From an uncultured virus (IMG/VR IMGVR_UViG_3300029319_000030) (lineage: Duplodnaviria > Heunggongvirae > Uroviricota > Caudoviricetes), in IMG/VR virus record IMGVR_UViG_3300029319_000030, positions 1-64,000 of that record: a stretch of DNA of 64,000 nucleotides; one strand, 5' to 3'. Made by a program: the position numbers and the translations under genes. This document shows positions 26,701 to 34,717 of the stretch, piece after piece. Positions within the stretch are counted from its first letter, which is position 1. Every line of letters begins with the position of its first letter. Below the pieces are notes generated by a model. It saw only the letters and a list, made by a program, of their open reading frames with translations. It was not told where the DNA came from and did not search any database.

Positions 26701-29700
26701 TAAGTTCTATTTGAAGACCAAGATTGTGGCCTATATTTCTAAATATAGCGCTTATACCAGCCATCATACCGTCGTTGTAGTTCATACTGCCTGTGGCTAA
26801 ACCATCTAAAAACAAAGCCATACCTTCTTCGGTTTTAGTTTCTAAATCAGCGTTTAAATAATTATTTAGTCTTTTTCTGTACTCACCATCTCTAACCATC
26901 CTAGGGTCTATACTTCTTAAATGAGCTTCAAACGCTGCACCTAAAGCTATTTTAAGCTCAGGGCTTTTGTTTAATGTTTCTTGTAAAAAGAAATGAAAAA
27001 ACTCGTGTGACGCTACATTAGTTCCATTTGTCTCAACAGATAGTTGTTGATTAAAAACAATAAAACTAGGCTGCCCTTCTGGTAACATTTCGTTTGTTAA
27101 GAAATAACCATGCGCAGTTTTTGCTTCGTTTAAAAAAGTTTCTATGTTTATTTTCTTTTTAGTTTCTTTATTTTCAATTTCAGTTACTACTTTACCAGTG
27201 TTTATATCTACTATTTTACCAGTATTATTAGTCTCTACTAAAGAAACTCTTTTTAATCCTAGCTTAGCTAAAAGCTTGGCTTCTGCTTCTGCATTTGTTT
27301 TACCTTCAACAACGTCAATTAAGCCTTTTTCTTTTAGTTTTTCTTTTTCAATTATAGCTCTTACCTTTTTTACAGTTTGTTTATACTGCTCTGTGTTCTT
27401 TCTTTTTATTATAACATCTTTTACAGGGGCTATAATTTCATTTTTTTCTTTTGTTAGATCGCTTATTTCTTTTTCAGACTTAGAACTTTTAGGACCAAGC
27501 TTTAGTTGTGATATTCTTTCATTTATTTCAGATAATCTAATAGATTTTTTAGGATCTGTTTTATTTATCTCAGCTTGTATTTCTGTTTCAGTTGCTGTAT
27601 TATTAAGTTTTGTTTCAGGAGAATTTGTTTTTACTTGGTCTGCAGATAATTTATTTTTTTCTAAATAACTAATAGCATCATCAAGTGTGACGTAATCGTT
27701 ATATACTTTTATTTGTAAATCTTTATTTAGCTTACCATCTCTTTTAGCTTTTCTAAGTGCCGCCATAAACTCAGACTGACTGTCATACATAATACCGTCA
27801 ACCTCCCTATATGCAGGTTTATAACCCATGGCTTTACCATAAGCTATACCACCACCACCAAAAGAAGCAGATACTAAAGCCACTGTACTAGCAAGCTCTC
27901 GCATACCTTTCCAGTCAAAGCCTAAGTCATTACCAAATTCGTCGTATTTTCTTATGCCTTCAAGAGCTTTACCTCTACCATCAGCTAGATTAGACAATGG
28001 CATGTTAACTAATTCTTCAATAAATTCAGCGGCAAACCCGTTATAACCAGCGTTTTTAGCTGACCAATTTAAAAAATCAGCAGGAGTAGCCATGCCATTT
28101 TTTCTCATAAACTGACCTATAGCTATTTTTTTCCAATTTTTAGATTCAGCAAAAGATTTTAACGGCGTCTTCTTTAAAACTTTCATACCGCCTTTAAAAA
28201 CAGAAGGTATATAATAACCTATTCTTTCAGTAAAAGTTTCAGAGGCATTTTTTAAAAAACTTCTTTTTAGAGCTTCACCTCTACTATAACCTTCTTTTAA
28301 TCCAAGATCTTCACCTTTAGGTCCACTAGCAGTATGCGCATCTATCTGCGCCATTTCATCATCAGTAAAACTAAATGCCATCATGTGCTCGTCTGTCATC
28401 AAGTCCATTTGTGTAGCTGCTATACGAAAAGGGTTAGCAGCTGTTTGAGATGATACACCCATTAAACCTGCAATAAAATCTGTACCTAATTGTCTAGCTT
28501 TATTTCCTTTTACAAACAACAACCTGCTACCATCTTTAGAAACTCTAGCTTTACCAAGACTAGGAATTATTTTTTTAGTATACTTGCTAGCTATAGCCAT
28601 ATTTACACCAGCTTTAGCTGTACTAAAAGCCGCTCTAAAAGCAGGGCCAGTAGCAATAAATTCACCTATAAAAGGTAGTGTCTCTGCAAATCCTTTACCT
28701 ATTCTATAACCATTAGATATTTCGCTCTTAGCTTGTTCTGAATTAGATTTAATTTCAGACATAGCTAGCAACAACTTATCTTCAGGAGTTAATTTATCAT
28801 CTGGTTTATTAGCAGCGTCTCTAACTCTTTTACCATAACCAAAATCTATAAGAGCTCCAATAAAGGGTGTTTTTTCTCTTTCAAATAATTCGTTAAAGCC
28901 TAATAATAAACCGCTATTAAGTGGAGCGTCTCGCATGCTTTCAGGATCGTCTATTACTTTGTCTGCCCAATAATCGATGTGATCCAGTGTAGTTTCTACG
29001 TTTGCATAATACCTTCTAGCTACTTCCTGATCTATATCATTGCCTTTAAAACCATCTTCAATAACTTCTTTTTTAATTTCTTCTAGCTTAGGGTTATAAG
29101 AGTTAATTTTATACTGTGGAACTCTGTAATAACCTCCACCTCTATACTCTAATAAACCTTTTTTTATTTTACCTTCGTAATCTAAAGCATTGTACATTTC
29201 TGTAAATTGAGGTGTATCTTTAATAATAGATATATCACCTCTCATTTTACCTACTTCTTTTTTTAATAAATTAGCAAAGTCTTTATTATAAAAATGACTT
29301 AAAATTCTTTCGCCATTTTCTTCTTTTTGTTGGTATTTTAATTTAGGATAAAAATAATTATAATATTCTGTTATATAAGCCTGTCTATCTTCAACGCTGT
29401 CTATAAGTTCTTGCTCTTCGTATATTTGTAAATACTTTTTGAGAGCCTCATCTAGCATTTGTTTTTTATCCTCGTAGTGAACCTCATCATTTATTAAACC
29501 TTGTTGTAATAAATCTTCACTTATCTCTTCTAATGCACCTATATCCCACTTTTTATAAACATCAAAGTTACCATTCATAAAGTCTTTTAAATCTTTATCG
29601 TAACTCTGCTTATATTCATTACTATATTTCTCGTCTATAGCCTGTATCTCAGGTTGAAACTTAGAAACTATTTCATACCTTTTGTTATAAGCATCTAGCA

Positions 29701-30901
29701 TTGGCTTAAACGCTTCTTCAGCTAGCAGATTAGCTTCTTTGTCTAAATCATCTTCTAGTTTTTTTAAAGCTTGCTGTTTTTCAGCGTTGCTCATATTTTT
29801 ATATTCTTCTGTTTTAGAAAACTCGCTCCACTTATTTCTATAATCATCAAATAACTTCTTACCTTCACCATATAGAAAAAAGTTTTTTTGACCGCTTTCA
29901 ACTTGTCTTAATATATCTTTAAGCTGAGGGTCTGATTTTATTCTTGTGTTTATTTCAGGATTATTTAACAGCTCTGTATATTCGTTTTGAATTTTTGTTG
30001 TTAGTTCTTCAAGCTTAGTTTCTTGAGATTTTTTAAATATTGGTAAAGTTTTATTAAAGCTTGTTTCGAGTTGCTTGTAGTTATAGTCAAGCTCGTTAAG
30101 AGTTTCAAATTCTGAAGGCTTTTCATCTTCGGTATAATAGCTAGCAGATCTGTTTTTATTTTCATCAAACTTTCTATTAATTTGAGATGTTGTTAAACCT
30201 TCGTACATATCGCCAAAGCCACCTTCTAAAACATTTTTAGATTTATCTATTTGATCTTGTAGATTTTTTATTTCATTAAATCTTTCTTTAGTTGTAGGAT
30301 CGGTATCGCTAACATTGAAAGTATTTCCACTGCTATCAGTTCCATAATAAAAAGTTGACAACCCTGGCTTTAAGTTTTTACCAGTTGGTGGACTAATGAC
30401 GGTGTATTTGTTTATTTTATTTTTATCAAAATTTTGTATAGCTTTATTAGCCTGTTCTATACTAGAAAAAGTATTTTTATCATCAGAAAATATATCGTAA
30501 TCTGTTTTGTTAGATTTTTTATATTTATTTACAGTATTATTATATTGTAAATCTTCTTCGTTATCTTTTTTTTGTTTAAGACCAAAATCAATGTTTACTC
30601 TATTATTAGTTGCAACAGATAGATTATCAGTTCTAACAAACCTATTATCAAATTGTTTTTGATTTTTAAGTTTTAATACATTATTAAGAACTTCTGGACT
30701 CAATGTAAAGTCCAAAGAAATATCTTCCGATAGTGATTCCGTATTTTGTTGATTGTTTCGGGGCTGACTCGCCCCTGTCGACTTTCCCAACTCATCGTCT
30801 TGTAATATTGGGTTTTTATCTTTAAAGTCTTCTAAGAATTGTTGTTCTTTTGATGGTCCCACTTCATATGGCTTACCATCAACTAAATAAATTTTGTTCA
30901 T
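20780..30901 (-). CDS. giant multidomain putative virion-ejected (polyvalent) protein, 3373 aa
   Basis: Follows the tail and ejection genes; contains HExxH zincin motif, sigma-like segment, EHxxP motif, nested HAD/P-loop kinase and C-terminal CCCH finger. Confidence 0.85.
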   Translation of the reverse strand: MNKIYLVDGKPYEVGPSKEQQFLEDFKDKNPILQDDELGKSTGASQPRNNQQNTESLSEDISLDFTLSPEVLNNVLKLKNQKQFDNRFVRTDNLSVATNNRVNIDFGLKQKKDNEEDLQYNNTVNKYKKSNKTDYDIFSDDKNTFSSIEQANKAIQNFDKNKINKYTVISPPTGKNLKPGLSTFYYGTDSSGNTFNVSDTDPTTKERFNEIKNLQDQIDKSKNVLEGGFGDMYEGLTTSQINRKFDENKNRSASYYTEDEKPSEFETLNELDYNYKQLETSFNKTLPIFKKSQETKLEELTTKIQNEYTELLNNPEINTRIKSDPQLKDILRQVESGQKNFFLYGEGKKLFDDYRNKWSEFSKTEEYKNMSNAEKQQALKKLEDDLDKEANLLAEEAFKPMLDAYNKRYEIVSKFQPEIQAIDEKYSNEYKQSYDKDLKDFMNGNFDVYKKWDIGALEEISEDLLQQGLINDEVHYEDKKQMLDEALKKYLQIYEEQELIDSVEDRQAYITEYYNYFYPKLKYQQKEENGERILSHFYNKDFANLLKKEVGKMRGDISIIKDTPQFTEMYNALDYEGKIKKGLLEYRGGGYYRVPQYKINSYNPKLEEIKKEVIEDGFKGNDIDQEVARRYYANVETTLDHIDYWADKVIDDPESMRDAPLNSGLLLGFNELFEREKTPFIGALIDFGYGKRVRDAANKPDDKLTPEDKLLLAMSEIKSNSEQAKSEISNGYRIGKGFAETLPFIGEFIATGPAFRAAFSTAKAGVNMAIASKYTKKIIPSLGKARVSKDGSRLLFVKGNKARQLGTDFIAGLMGVSSQTAANPFRIAATQMDLMTDEHMMAFSFTDDEMAQIDAHTASGPKGEDLGLKEGYSRGEALKRSFLKNASETFTERIGYYIPSVFKGGMKVLKKTPLKSFAESKNWKKIAIGQFMRKNGMATPADFLNWSAKNAGYNGFAAEFIEELVNMPLSNLADGRGKALEGIRKYDEFGNDLGFDWKGMRELASTVALVSASFGGGGIAYGKAMGYKPAYREVDGIMYDSQSEFMAALRKAKRDGKLNKDLQIKVYNDYVTLDDAISYLEKNKLSADQVKTNSPETKLNNTATETEIQAEINKTDPKKSIRLSEINERISQLKLGPKSSKSEKEISDLTKEKNEIIAPVKDVIIKRKNTEQYKQTVKKVRAIIEKEKLKEKGLIDVVEGKTNAEAEAKLLAKLGLKRVSLVETNNTGKIVDINTGKVVTEIENKETKKKINIETFLNEAKTAHGYFLTNEMLPEGQPSFIVFNQQLSVETNGTNVASHEFFHFFLQETLNKSPELKIALGAAFEAHLRSIDPRMVRDGEYRKRLNNYLNADLETKTEEGMALFLDGLATGSMNYNDGMMAGISAIFRNIGHNLGLQIELNSGQDVYNFIKDFNSTIQRGDFSKSFKEAFKKKIKVGGAVKELAESSEMKKAVEQDKAKQSLLNFLDKIGVKFSKVIPEDDPMFSVFPDVTSEQIVQKNAEIYNKIKDIANKENITMKEVLDRDDRRTRRLKEELVVYNHKAAYKYANEAHSFIKNKLANTNFLAPPLADIRQEMLAELVLLTNRWNPTKFPDVQFGAFVQMPLGLPIKKGQVVRAASKQAGNTVSLDEMRENGFDTFSDVTSTSSSTNITKVGSLFVADFVGIDRNNVQDIVSKSDLSKIIKKPSYKQVKQEVKTGSLKPVLKLFADAFGVPAKKISTSSNLDAEQRKAARDLIVKLAENNNLMETFLPDGTDASGKATGIAITKLGSLYIKGAPVRSAVTGSTQGLEEKIKPKNVTNKQVLELFGIDEKGNILDKKIKQEKYDGAIREFIANMAALGANQEIRVTNPELRSIGDPKPSVMFSQPAVNSNLKKGDLINSLATQQVDGVATVLDQFDQGLVKIDYLLTNVHGKEVKGGIYRIKTKEDVKPFIDNLTASGFFKSLPLDFFFQRKSGKNSRHAYYKKTLKETGQGAETNASIFSGGHKLFGFKTSKDPAWAEVQIQMQELYNEHKDDASFWGKDFKGVNMKEMYSLRNKYNSLFFTGENFDLKKARANKKEVLKFNDQVGKIHRQMWERFAEMIKDNKSNARAIGTYLSLVGNDRSHWHKLGAQVAGYSTKLQPFLHKGKMKTKVELEHAMPATQAYLYLLHSALGLPKKEGEGVDINFNEAYNSIIKNYKLIVLDKAMDHKLTSAKTLRTKKSLQKVMPDDWSVIDGYFWQRYFNDLVAANNGGIDPSTLEDLDGVTFDVKYNINASGSIKILKPTYTTQVNQNIQKSFSNSGKFSKSGETRGMSTFDFDDTLAKTKSGVRATLPNTDGLPKPNRKVIFLAGGAGSGKGNVVSKLGLSGMGFKIVNSDISLEWLKKNSGLPADMRDLTPEQRSTLGKLGHQARQIARNKMMKYQGNANGVVVDGTGGSVKSMQKLVDEFKSKGYDVSMVFVETSLDVALKRNRARQERSLLDTIVKRNHEAVQNNKPAFKEMFGDRFMEVNTDNLKQEDPMPADIVQQMDDFVSSYEKLRLDAEEFASQGDDILKQGGSFDFSEFNEVVDGTPGPLLDKAKQRAEKFGTDNMFVLTARPAASALAIQQFLKSQDLDIPIENITGLANSTGEAKAEWMLSKFAEGYNDMYFVDDAFQNVEAVKKVLDQLDIKSEVVQARAKFSRSASSELNNMIERKKGVDAFKIFSEAEAKKRGKGIGRFRIYIPPSAEDFKGLLYYFMGRGEQGNKDMKFFEDNLLRPFAKGIRAWNTYKQNMVNDYKNLKKQFPKLKLNKKIPNSVYTNDTSVRVYLWDKAGFDIPGISSSEKQMLIDNVNNNPDLKSFADSLSKITKRAEGYIEPTENWSIGSIGTDLRTTVNKVGRKEFLENWIENKNLIFSPENLNKIEAVYGTRFREALDDILYRMENGGNRKQGSNRVVNDFNDWINGSVGAIMFFNMRSAILQTLSTINFVNWSDNNIFKASAAFANQPQFWKDFTMLFNSDMLKQRRAGLQMDMNASELAKSFAENGYSPTTVISYLLQLGFKPTQIADSFAIAFGGASFVRNRINTYKKRGLSDTEAKNKAMLDFQEIAEETQQSSREDLISMQQASVLGRLVLAFQNVTMQYGRLTKKALSDLVNRRGDTKTNISKIIYYGFVQNVVFAALQNGLSFLLFGSDDEELIDDKASRAFNSALDSFLRGMGIHGALASTLKNTAIEWQKQKSAGFGKERPEKIMQAVVNLSPPAGSKVRKIMQAYYSDAYNEGVPEQLGWRLENPNFAMAASLTEALTNIPAARLLNKANNLEEAITGSHEPWKRAALVAGWDKWSLGIKDEELEQAKEDAKKQRARDKKINKDKKQKVSGQKEVRCHGINSQGNRCGLTAVTDVKRWKCFHHRNQ

Positions 30902-30933
30902 ACTGTTTCGTTAGTTACCCGTTAATAATAATT

Positions 30934-32103
30934 TTATTCTGCGTAGTCGGTGTTTGGACTAGTTTCGTCTAATGGAATTTGTATGCCATCAGGACCTGCT
31001 TTAGTTATAGCTGAAGGATCGTTGGCTGGCACTTCTCTACCCGTCAAATCAAAGTATACAAAACCACCTCTATCTCTAAATTCTTGGTTTATATTTTCTT
31101 TTGGAAAAGAAGAGTTATATTGGTTTTCTACGTAAGCTGTATAATAATTTGTTAAATATTTTCTAGCTAATTTTTCATTTGCCATTAAATTATTAAATAT
31201 CGTCTTAGCATCTTTTGGTGTTATCATATCGTCACCTTTGGTAGGATCCATTTCTTTTAAAACCTTACTAGGTATTCTACCAATACTAGTTGGGGTTTGT
31301 ACGCCTAAATCACTATAAGTTTTTCTACTTAAATAGCTTATTAAATCGTCTTTAAAAACATTAGTTCCTATTTCATGTGTAGCTAATGAGTGTAAACTAC
31401 CCTTACTTGTTAAGTTACTTTTAATAACCTTATAATACGTATCGTAATTAAAATCTCTATATTGATTTGTGTTGTAAAGAGCTGCAGTATTACCTTCTTC
31501 TTTAGCTTTAGCAGCCAAGCTAAGTAGCACGTCACTAGATGTTTGGTCAAAACTATATTGCTGTCTTATATTATCTAAATCATCTGCAGCATAAAACTCT
31601 CTACCAAAACCAGGTATATCTACAAAATAACCTAATTCACCGTTATGCATAACAGCTTTTCCATTTTTTAATTGCTTACCTATAGCTCTAGCTTCTGGAC
31701 TAAAGCCCCAACCATTTAAAAGTTCAGGATCACTTTTAGCTCCTTCAGCTAATTCTTTTTTTGCATCATCTAATCTTTTAACTTGTGCATTAAATTGATT
31801 CATTTCTCTAAGCATCTCACCTCTTGTAATATTATCTCCAAGTATAAATCTACTTCTTTGACCCATTAACTCTTCATACTTAGCTTTGTATTCCTGCTCA
31901 TTTAAACCTGGATCTTTTTCTAACTCAAAGTTCATGTAATCTTTAAACTCGCTAGCTCTATCTCCTATTTCATCTACAACAGGTTCCATAAGGGTATCGC
32001 TAATTTTTGTCAAAGCTTTTGATTTAGCTAAGCCAACATCTTTCATGCCACCGCCTGCTGCAGTATAAGCACCTTTAATTAAATTAATATCACTCTTTGC
32101 CAT
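30934..32103 (-). CDS. putative internal virion/ejection protein
   Basis: Helical 389-aa ORF between the Q-rich pilot-like gene and the giant protein. Confidence 0.6.
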   Translation of the reverse strand: MAKSDINLIKGAYTAAGGGMKDVGLAKSKALTKISDTLMEPVVDEIGDRASEFKDYMNFELEKDPGLNEQEYKAKYEELMGQRSRFILGDNITRGEMLREMNQFNAQVKRLDDAKKELAEGAKSDPELLNGWGFSPEARAIGKQLKNGKAVMHNGELGYFVDIPGFGREFYAADDLDNIRQQYSFDQTSSDVLLSLAAKAKEEGNTAALYNTNQYRDFNYDTYYKVIKSNLTSKGSLHSLATHEIGTNVFKDDLISYLSRKTYSDLGVQTPTSIGRIPSKVLKEMDPTKGDDMITPKDAKTIFNNLMANEKLARKYLTNYYTAYVENQYNSSFPKENINQEFRDRGGFVYFDLTGREVPANDPSAITKAGPDGIQIPLDETSPNTDYAE

Positions 32104-32120
32104 ATTGTATTTTTTTATTA

Positions 32121-32774
32121 TTACATGCCAGCGTAAGCAACACCCAAGTCTGTTAAATTACCTATAGTTCCTGTTATTGCATCAAATTTCGCTTGTTCAG
32201 CTTGTTGTTTTTGTTGCATAGCTGCAGCAACTCTACTTTGCTCCATACCTAATAATGTGCCTTGTTTAGCCATTTCTTTATCTTGTTGTATTTGTACGCC
32301 TTTAGCTTCTAGCTCTTGATTTCTAGCAGCTTGTTGAGCAGCTAATCTTTGATTCATAGCCTCTTGTTGGCCTATGCTAGCAGAAGATCTTTGAGCGGCT
32401 ATTTGACCTTGTTGGGCTAGTGTTTGAGCTAGCGCCGCTATACCACTACCACCAGCCGCACCAGATAAATTAGACATTATATTAGCCTGACTTTGCTGAA
32501 ATTGTTGTGCTTGAAATTGAGCTTGTTGTTGATTAACTGTTAAGTCTTCCATTTTGTTTTCTAAATTTTCAAATGGATTACTCGTATCAAGATTAGCATA
32601 TATATTTTCTAATCTTTTCATTCGTTTTCTAGCTTCTCTTTCTTGCTCTGCAGCTTTACGTCTTTGTCTATCAGCGGAAATAGCTCCATAAACACCAGTA
32701 ATTGCTGATACACCAGCTGCAACAGCTAGTACCGCAGGTACGAATTTATTAGGACTTTGTTTTTTGTCTTGCAT
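32121..32774 (-). CDS. putative ejection/pilot protein
   Basis: N-terminal A/G-rich hydrophobic helix followed by Q/A-rich coiled coil. Confidence 0.65.
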   Translation of the reverse strand: MQDKKQSPNKFVPAVLAVAAGVSAITGVYGAISADRQRRKAAEQEREARKRMKRLENIYANLDTSNPFENLENKMEDLTVNQQQAQFQAQQFQQSQANIMSNLSGAAGGSGIAALAQTLAQQGQIAAQRSSASIGQQEAMNQRLAAQQAARNQELEAKGVQIQQDKEMAKQGTLLGMEQSRVAAAMQQKQQAEQAKFDAITGTIGNLTDLGVAYAGM

Positions 32775-32783
32775 ACTTAATAA

Positions 32784-32804
32784 TTTACTATAATATAGTT
32801 ACAT
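32784..32804 (-). promoter_or_regulatory. putative late promoter
   Basis: ATGTAACTATATTATAGTAAA, identical 21-mer at 43750-43770. Confidence 0.7.
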
Positions 32805-32814
32805 TTATTGCACT

Positions 32815-33198
32815 TTATTTACTACTTTCACTAAATTCGCACGATGCTGCATATAATTCTGCTTGTCTATTACTATTATTTTCAAATAAAGCACTACCAT
32901 AATAGCCTGTTACAGAGCCAACTTCAACTTGCTCGTTTTTAACAAAATATATAAATGAAGTGGTTGGAGTGTCAGCAACTGTAGCATCGGTATCTATACT
33001 TATTAAAGTAGTTAAAGTAGTCACACCATCTTGAGTTATAGTGCCGTCTTGTATATTAGTTACTTCGCCTAACTGTGTACCAAAGTTAGCTGTTGTAAAG
33101 CCACTAGGGTCGTTAGTTGTTTGATTAATTCTATATGCGATATCTCCAACTTGTAAAGATGGATACGCTTGTCTTGGAAAATGTATTGATTGAGGCAT
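32815..33198 (-). CDS. structural protein
   Basis: SLQVGDIAY...GYYG...ELYA...ESSK; in tail operon. Confidence 0.65.
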   Translation of the reverse strand: MPQSIHFPRQAYPSLQVGDIAYRINQTTNDPSGFTTANFGTQLGEVTNIQDGTITQDGVTTLTTLISIDTDATVADTPTTSFIYFVKNEQVEVGSVTGYYGSALFENNSNRQAELYAASCEFSESSK

Positions 33199-33200
33199 AA

Positions 33201-34697
33201 TTACGGTGTTGTTGTTATTATATTATCTAAATCTAAATTAACTGTAGTATTATTATTACCAAATCTTCTTATATGAAACTTGTATGTTATAGTTAAATTA
33301 ACATTACCATTTGTTCTATTAGCCTTTGCATTAGTAACTTCAAAAAAGTTTAAACCTTGACTAACAGAAGGAACTGTATTAGTAAAAGATGTAGTTCCAC
33401 CTGTTTTATTAGAAAAATGTATAGTACTAGGAGCGTTAAATGTTTTACTATTTAAAGCTGTAGCTGTAATTGTTATTGTATTGTAACTCAATAGCCCTCG
33501 TATTGTTTGAGTTGCTCTCCTTATATTAGAGTTAGGTATACCTTTAAACGTGTAAGATGCTCCAGTATCTATTCTAATATTAGAATTTGCGCTTGTAGCA
33601 GTTAAAGTTATTACTGGATCACTAACTTGTTTTATAGTATAAGTATCAGATAGTCCAGTTCTTAATATTGTATCTTTTATAGTGTGTAATTTTATAGTGT
33701 AATTTCCTGTTCCAGCTGGAAACCTAAAAGGATATGAACAAGTATTAGTGCTATTTCTTAAATGTGGTATTTTTTTAATTATAACTCTTTGCTCTGCTGT
33801 AGTTGGAGTTAAAATAGTAGAGCTACGATAATTTTTACTTGTTATTAAAGATGAGCCATCACTGTCTTTTGTTATAGATATACCTACCTCGGCTCCAGGT
33901 GTGCCACTTATTTTTATTACTTTATTTTCTCCCGAAGTAGATATATATTGATCACCAAAACTAAATCCAGTTATTTTTTTCGTTGTAGATCTTAATGATA
34001 TTGCGTTGTATATTAACTCTATATCGCTAGTTATTGTAGCATCGTTAATTTTAGCTAATATATCAAACGTATAAGAAGTGGTAAAACCCTTTGTGTTTTT
34101 ATCTACTTTTTTTGTTTTTAGTTTTATGGTACTTGAATCAAAACTACTAGAAGCTATATAAGGTTTTTCTTTAAAATAATAACTAGAATTAGCGTCTATT
34201 TTTAACGTTCCAATTTTTGTTAATTTATTTTTAAATAAAGAAGCACTTATATCTACGCTTTTTATATTATTACTAGTTGTAGAAGTAAAAGTATAACTTG
34301 ATAAAGCTGTAAACGTTGATGAGGCAAATTTATTATTTGAACTATTGTCATTAATTCTTGACACTAAATTAAATTTATCATTTCTACTAGTAAATCTTTT
34401 AGCATCACCATTTATACTTAATACTATATTAATATCACTACTAGCAACAGTATCTTCGGTAAAAGTAACAGTTCCTTTTACGGTGTTACCTACAGTGCCG
34501 GCAGTTGTGATGTCAGTAAAAACAACAGACTCAACATTATTAGGCAATGTAGTTACAGAAAAATCTGATGCAGAAACAACAAAACCTTCGTCAGGCGTTA
34601 TAATAACATCGCCAGACGTAATCATATTGTTAAAAAATATAGAATCACCTTTTACTTCAGTTGCTTTAAAAGGAGTTAGTGTATAACGCTTAGCCAT
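33201..34697 (-). CDS. beta-rich structural (tail) protein
   Basis: T/S-rich 498-aa ORF in tail operon. Confidence 0.65.
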   Translation of the reverse strand: MAKRYTLTPFKATEVKGDSIFFNNMITSGDVIITPDEGFVVSASDFSVTTLPNNVESVVFTDITTAGTVGNTVKGTVTFTEDTVASSDINIVLSINGDAKRFTSRNDKFNLVSRINDNSSNNKFASSTFTALSSYTFTSTTSNNIKSVDISASLFKNKLTKIGTLKIDANSSYYFKEKPYIASSSFDSSTIKLKTKKVDKNTKGFTTSYTFDILAKINDATITSDIELIYNAISLRSTTKKITGFSFGDQYISTSGENKVIKISGTPGAEVGISITKDSDGSSLITSKNYRSSTILTPTTAEQRVIIKKIPHLRNSTNTCSYPFRFPAGTGNYTIKLHTIKDTILRTGLSDTYTIKQVSDPVITLTATSANSNIRIDTGASYTFKGIPNSNIRRATQTIRGLLSYNTITITATALNSKTFNAPSTIHFSNKTGGTTSFTNTVPSVSQGLNFFEVTNAKANRTNGNVNLTITYKFHIRRFGNNNTTVNLDLDNIITTTP

Positions 34698-34717
34698 TTG
34701 TTTTATTTTTATTAATC

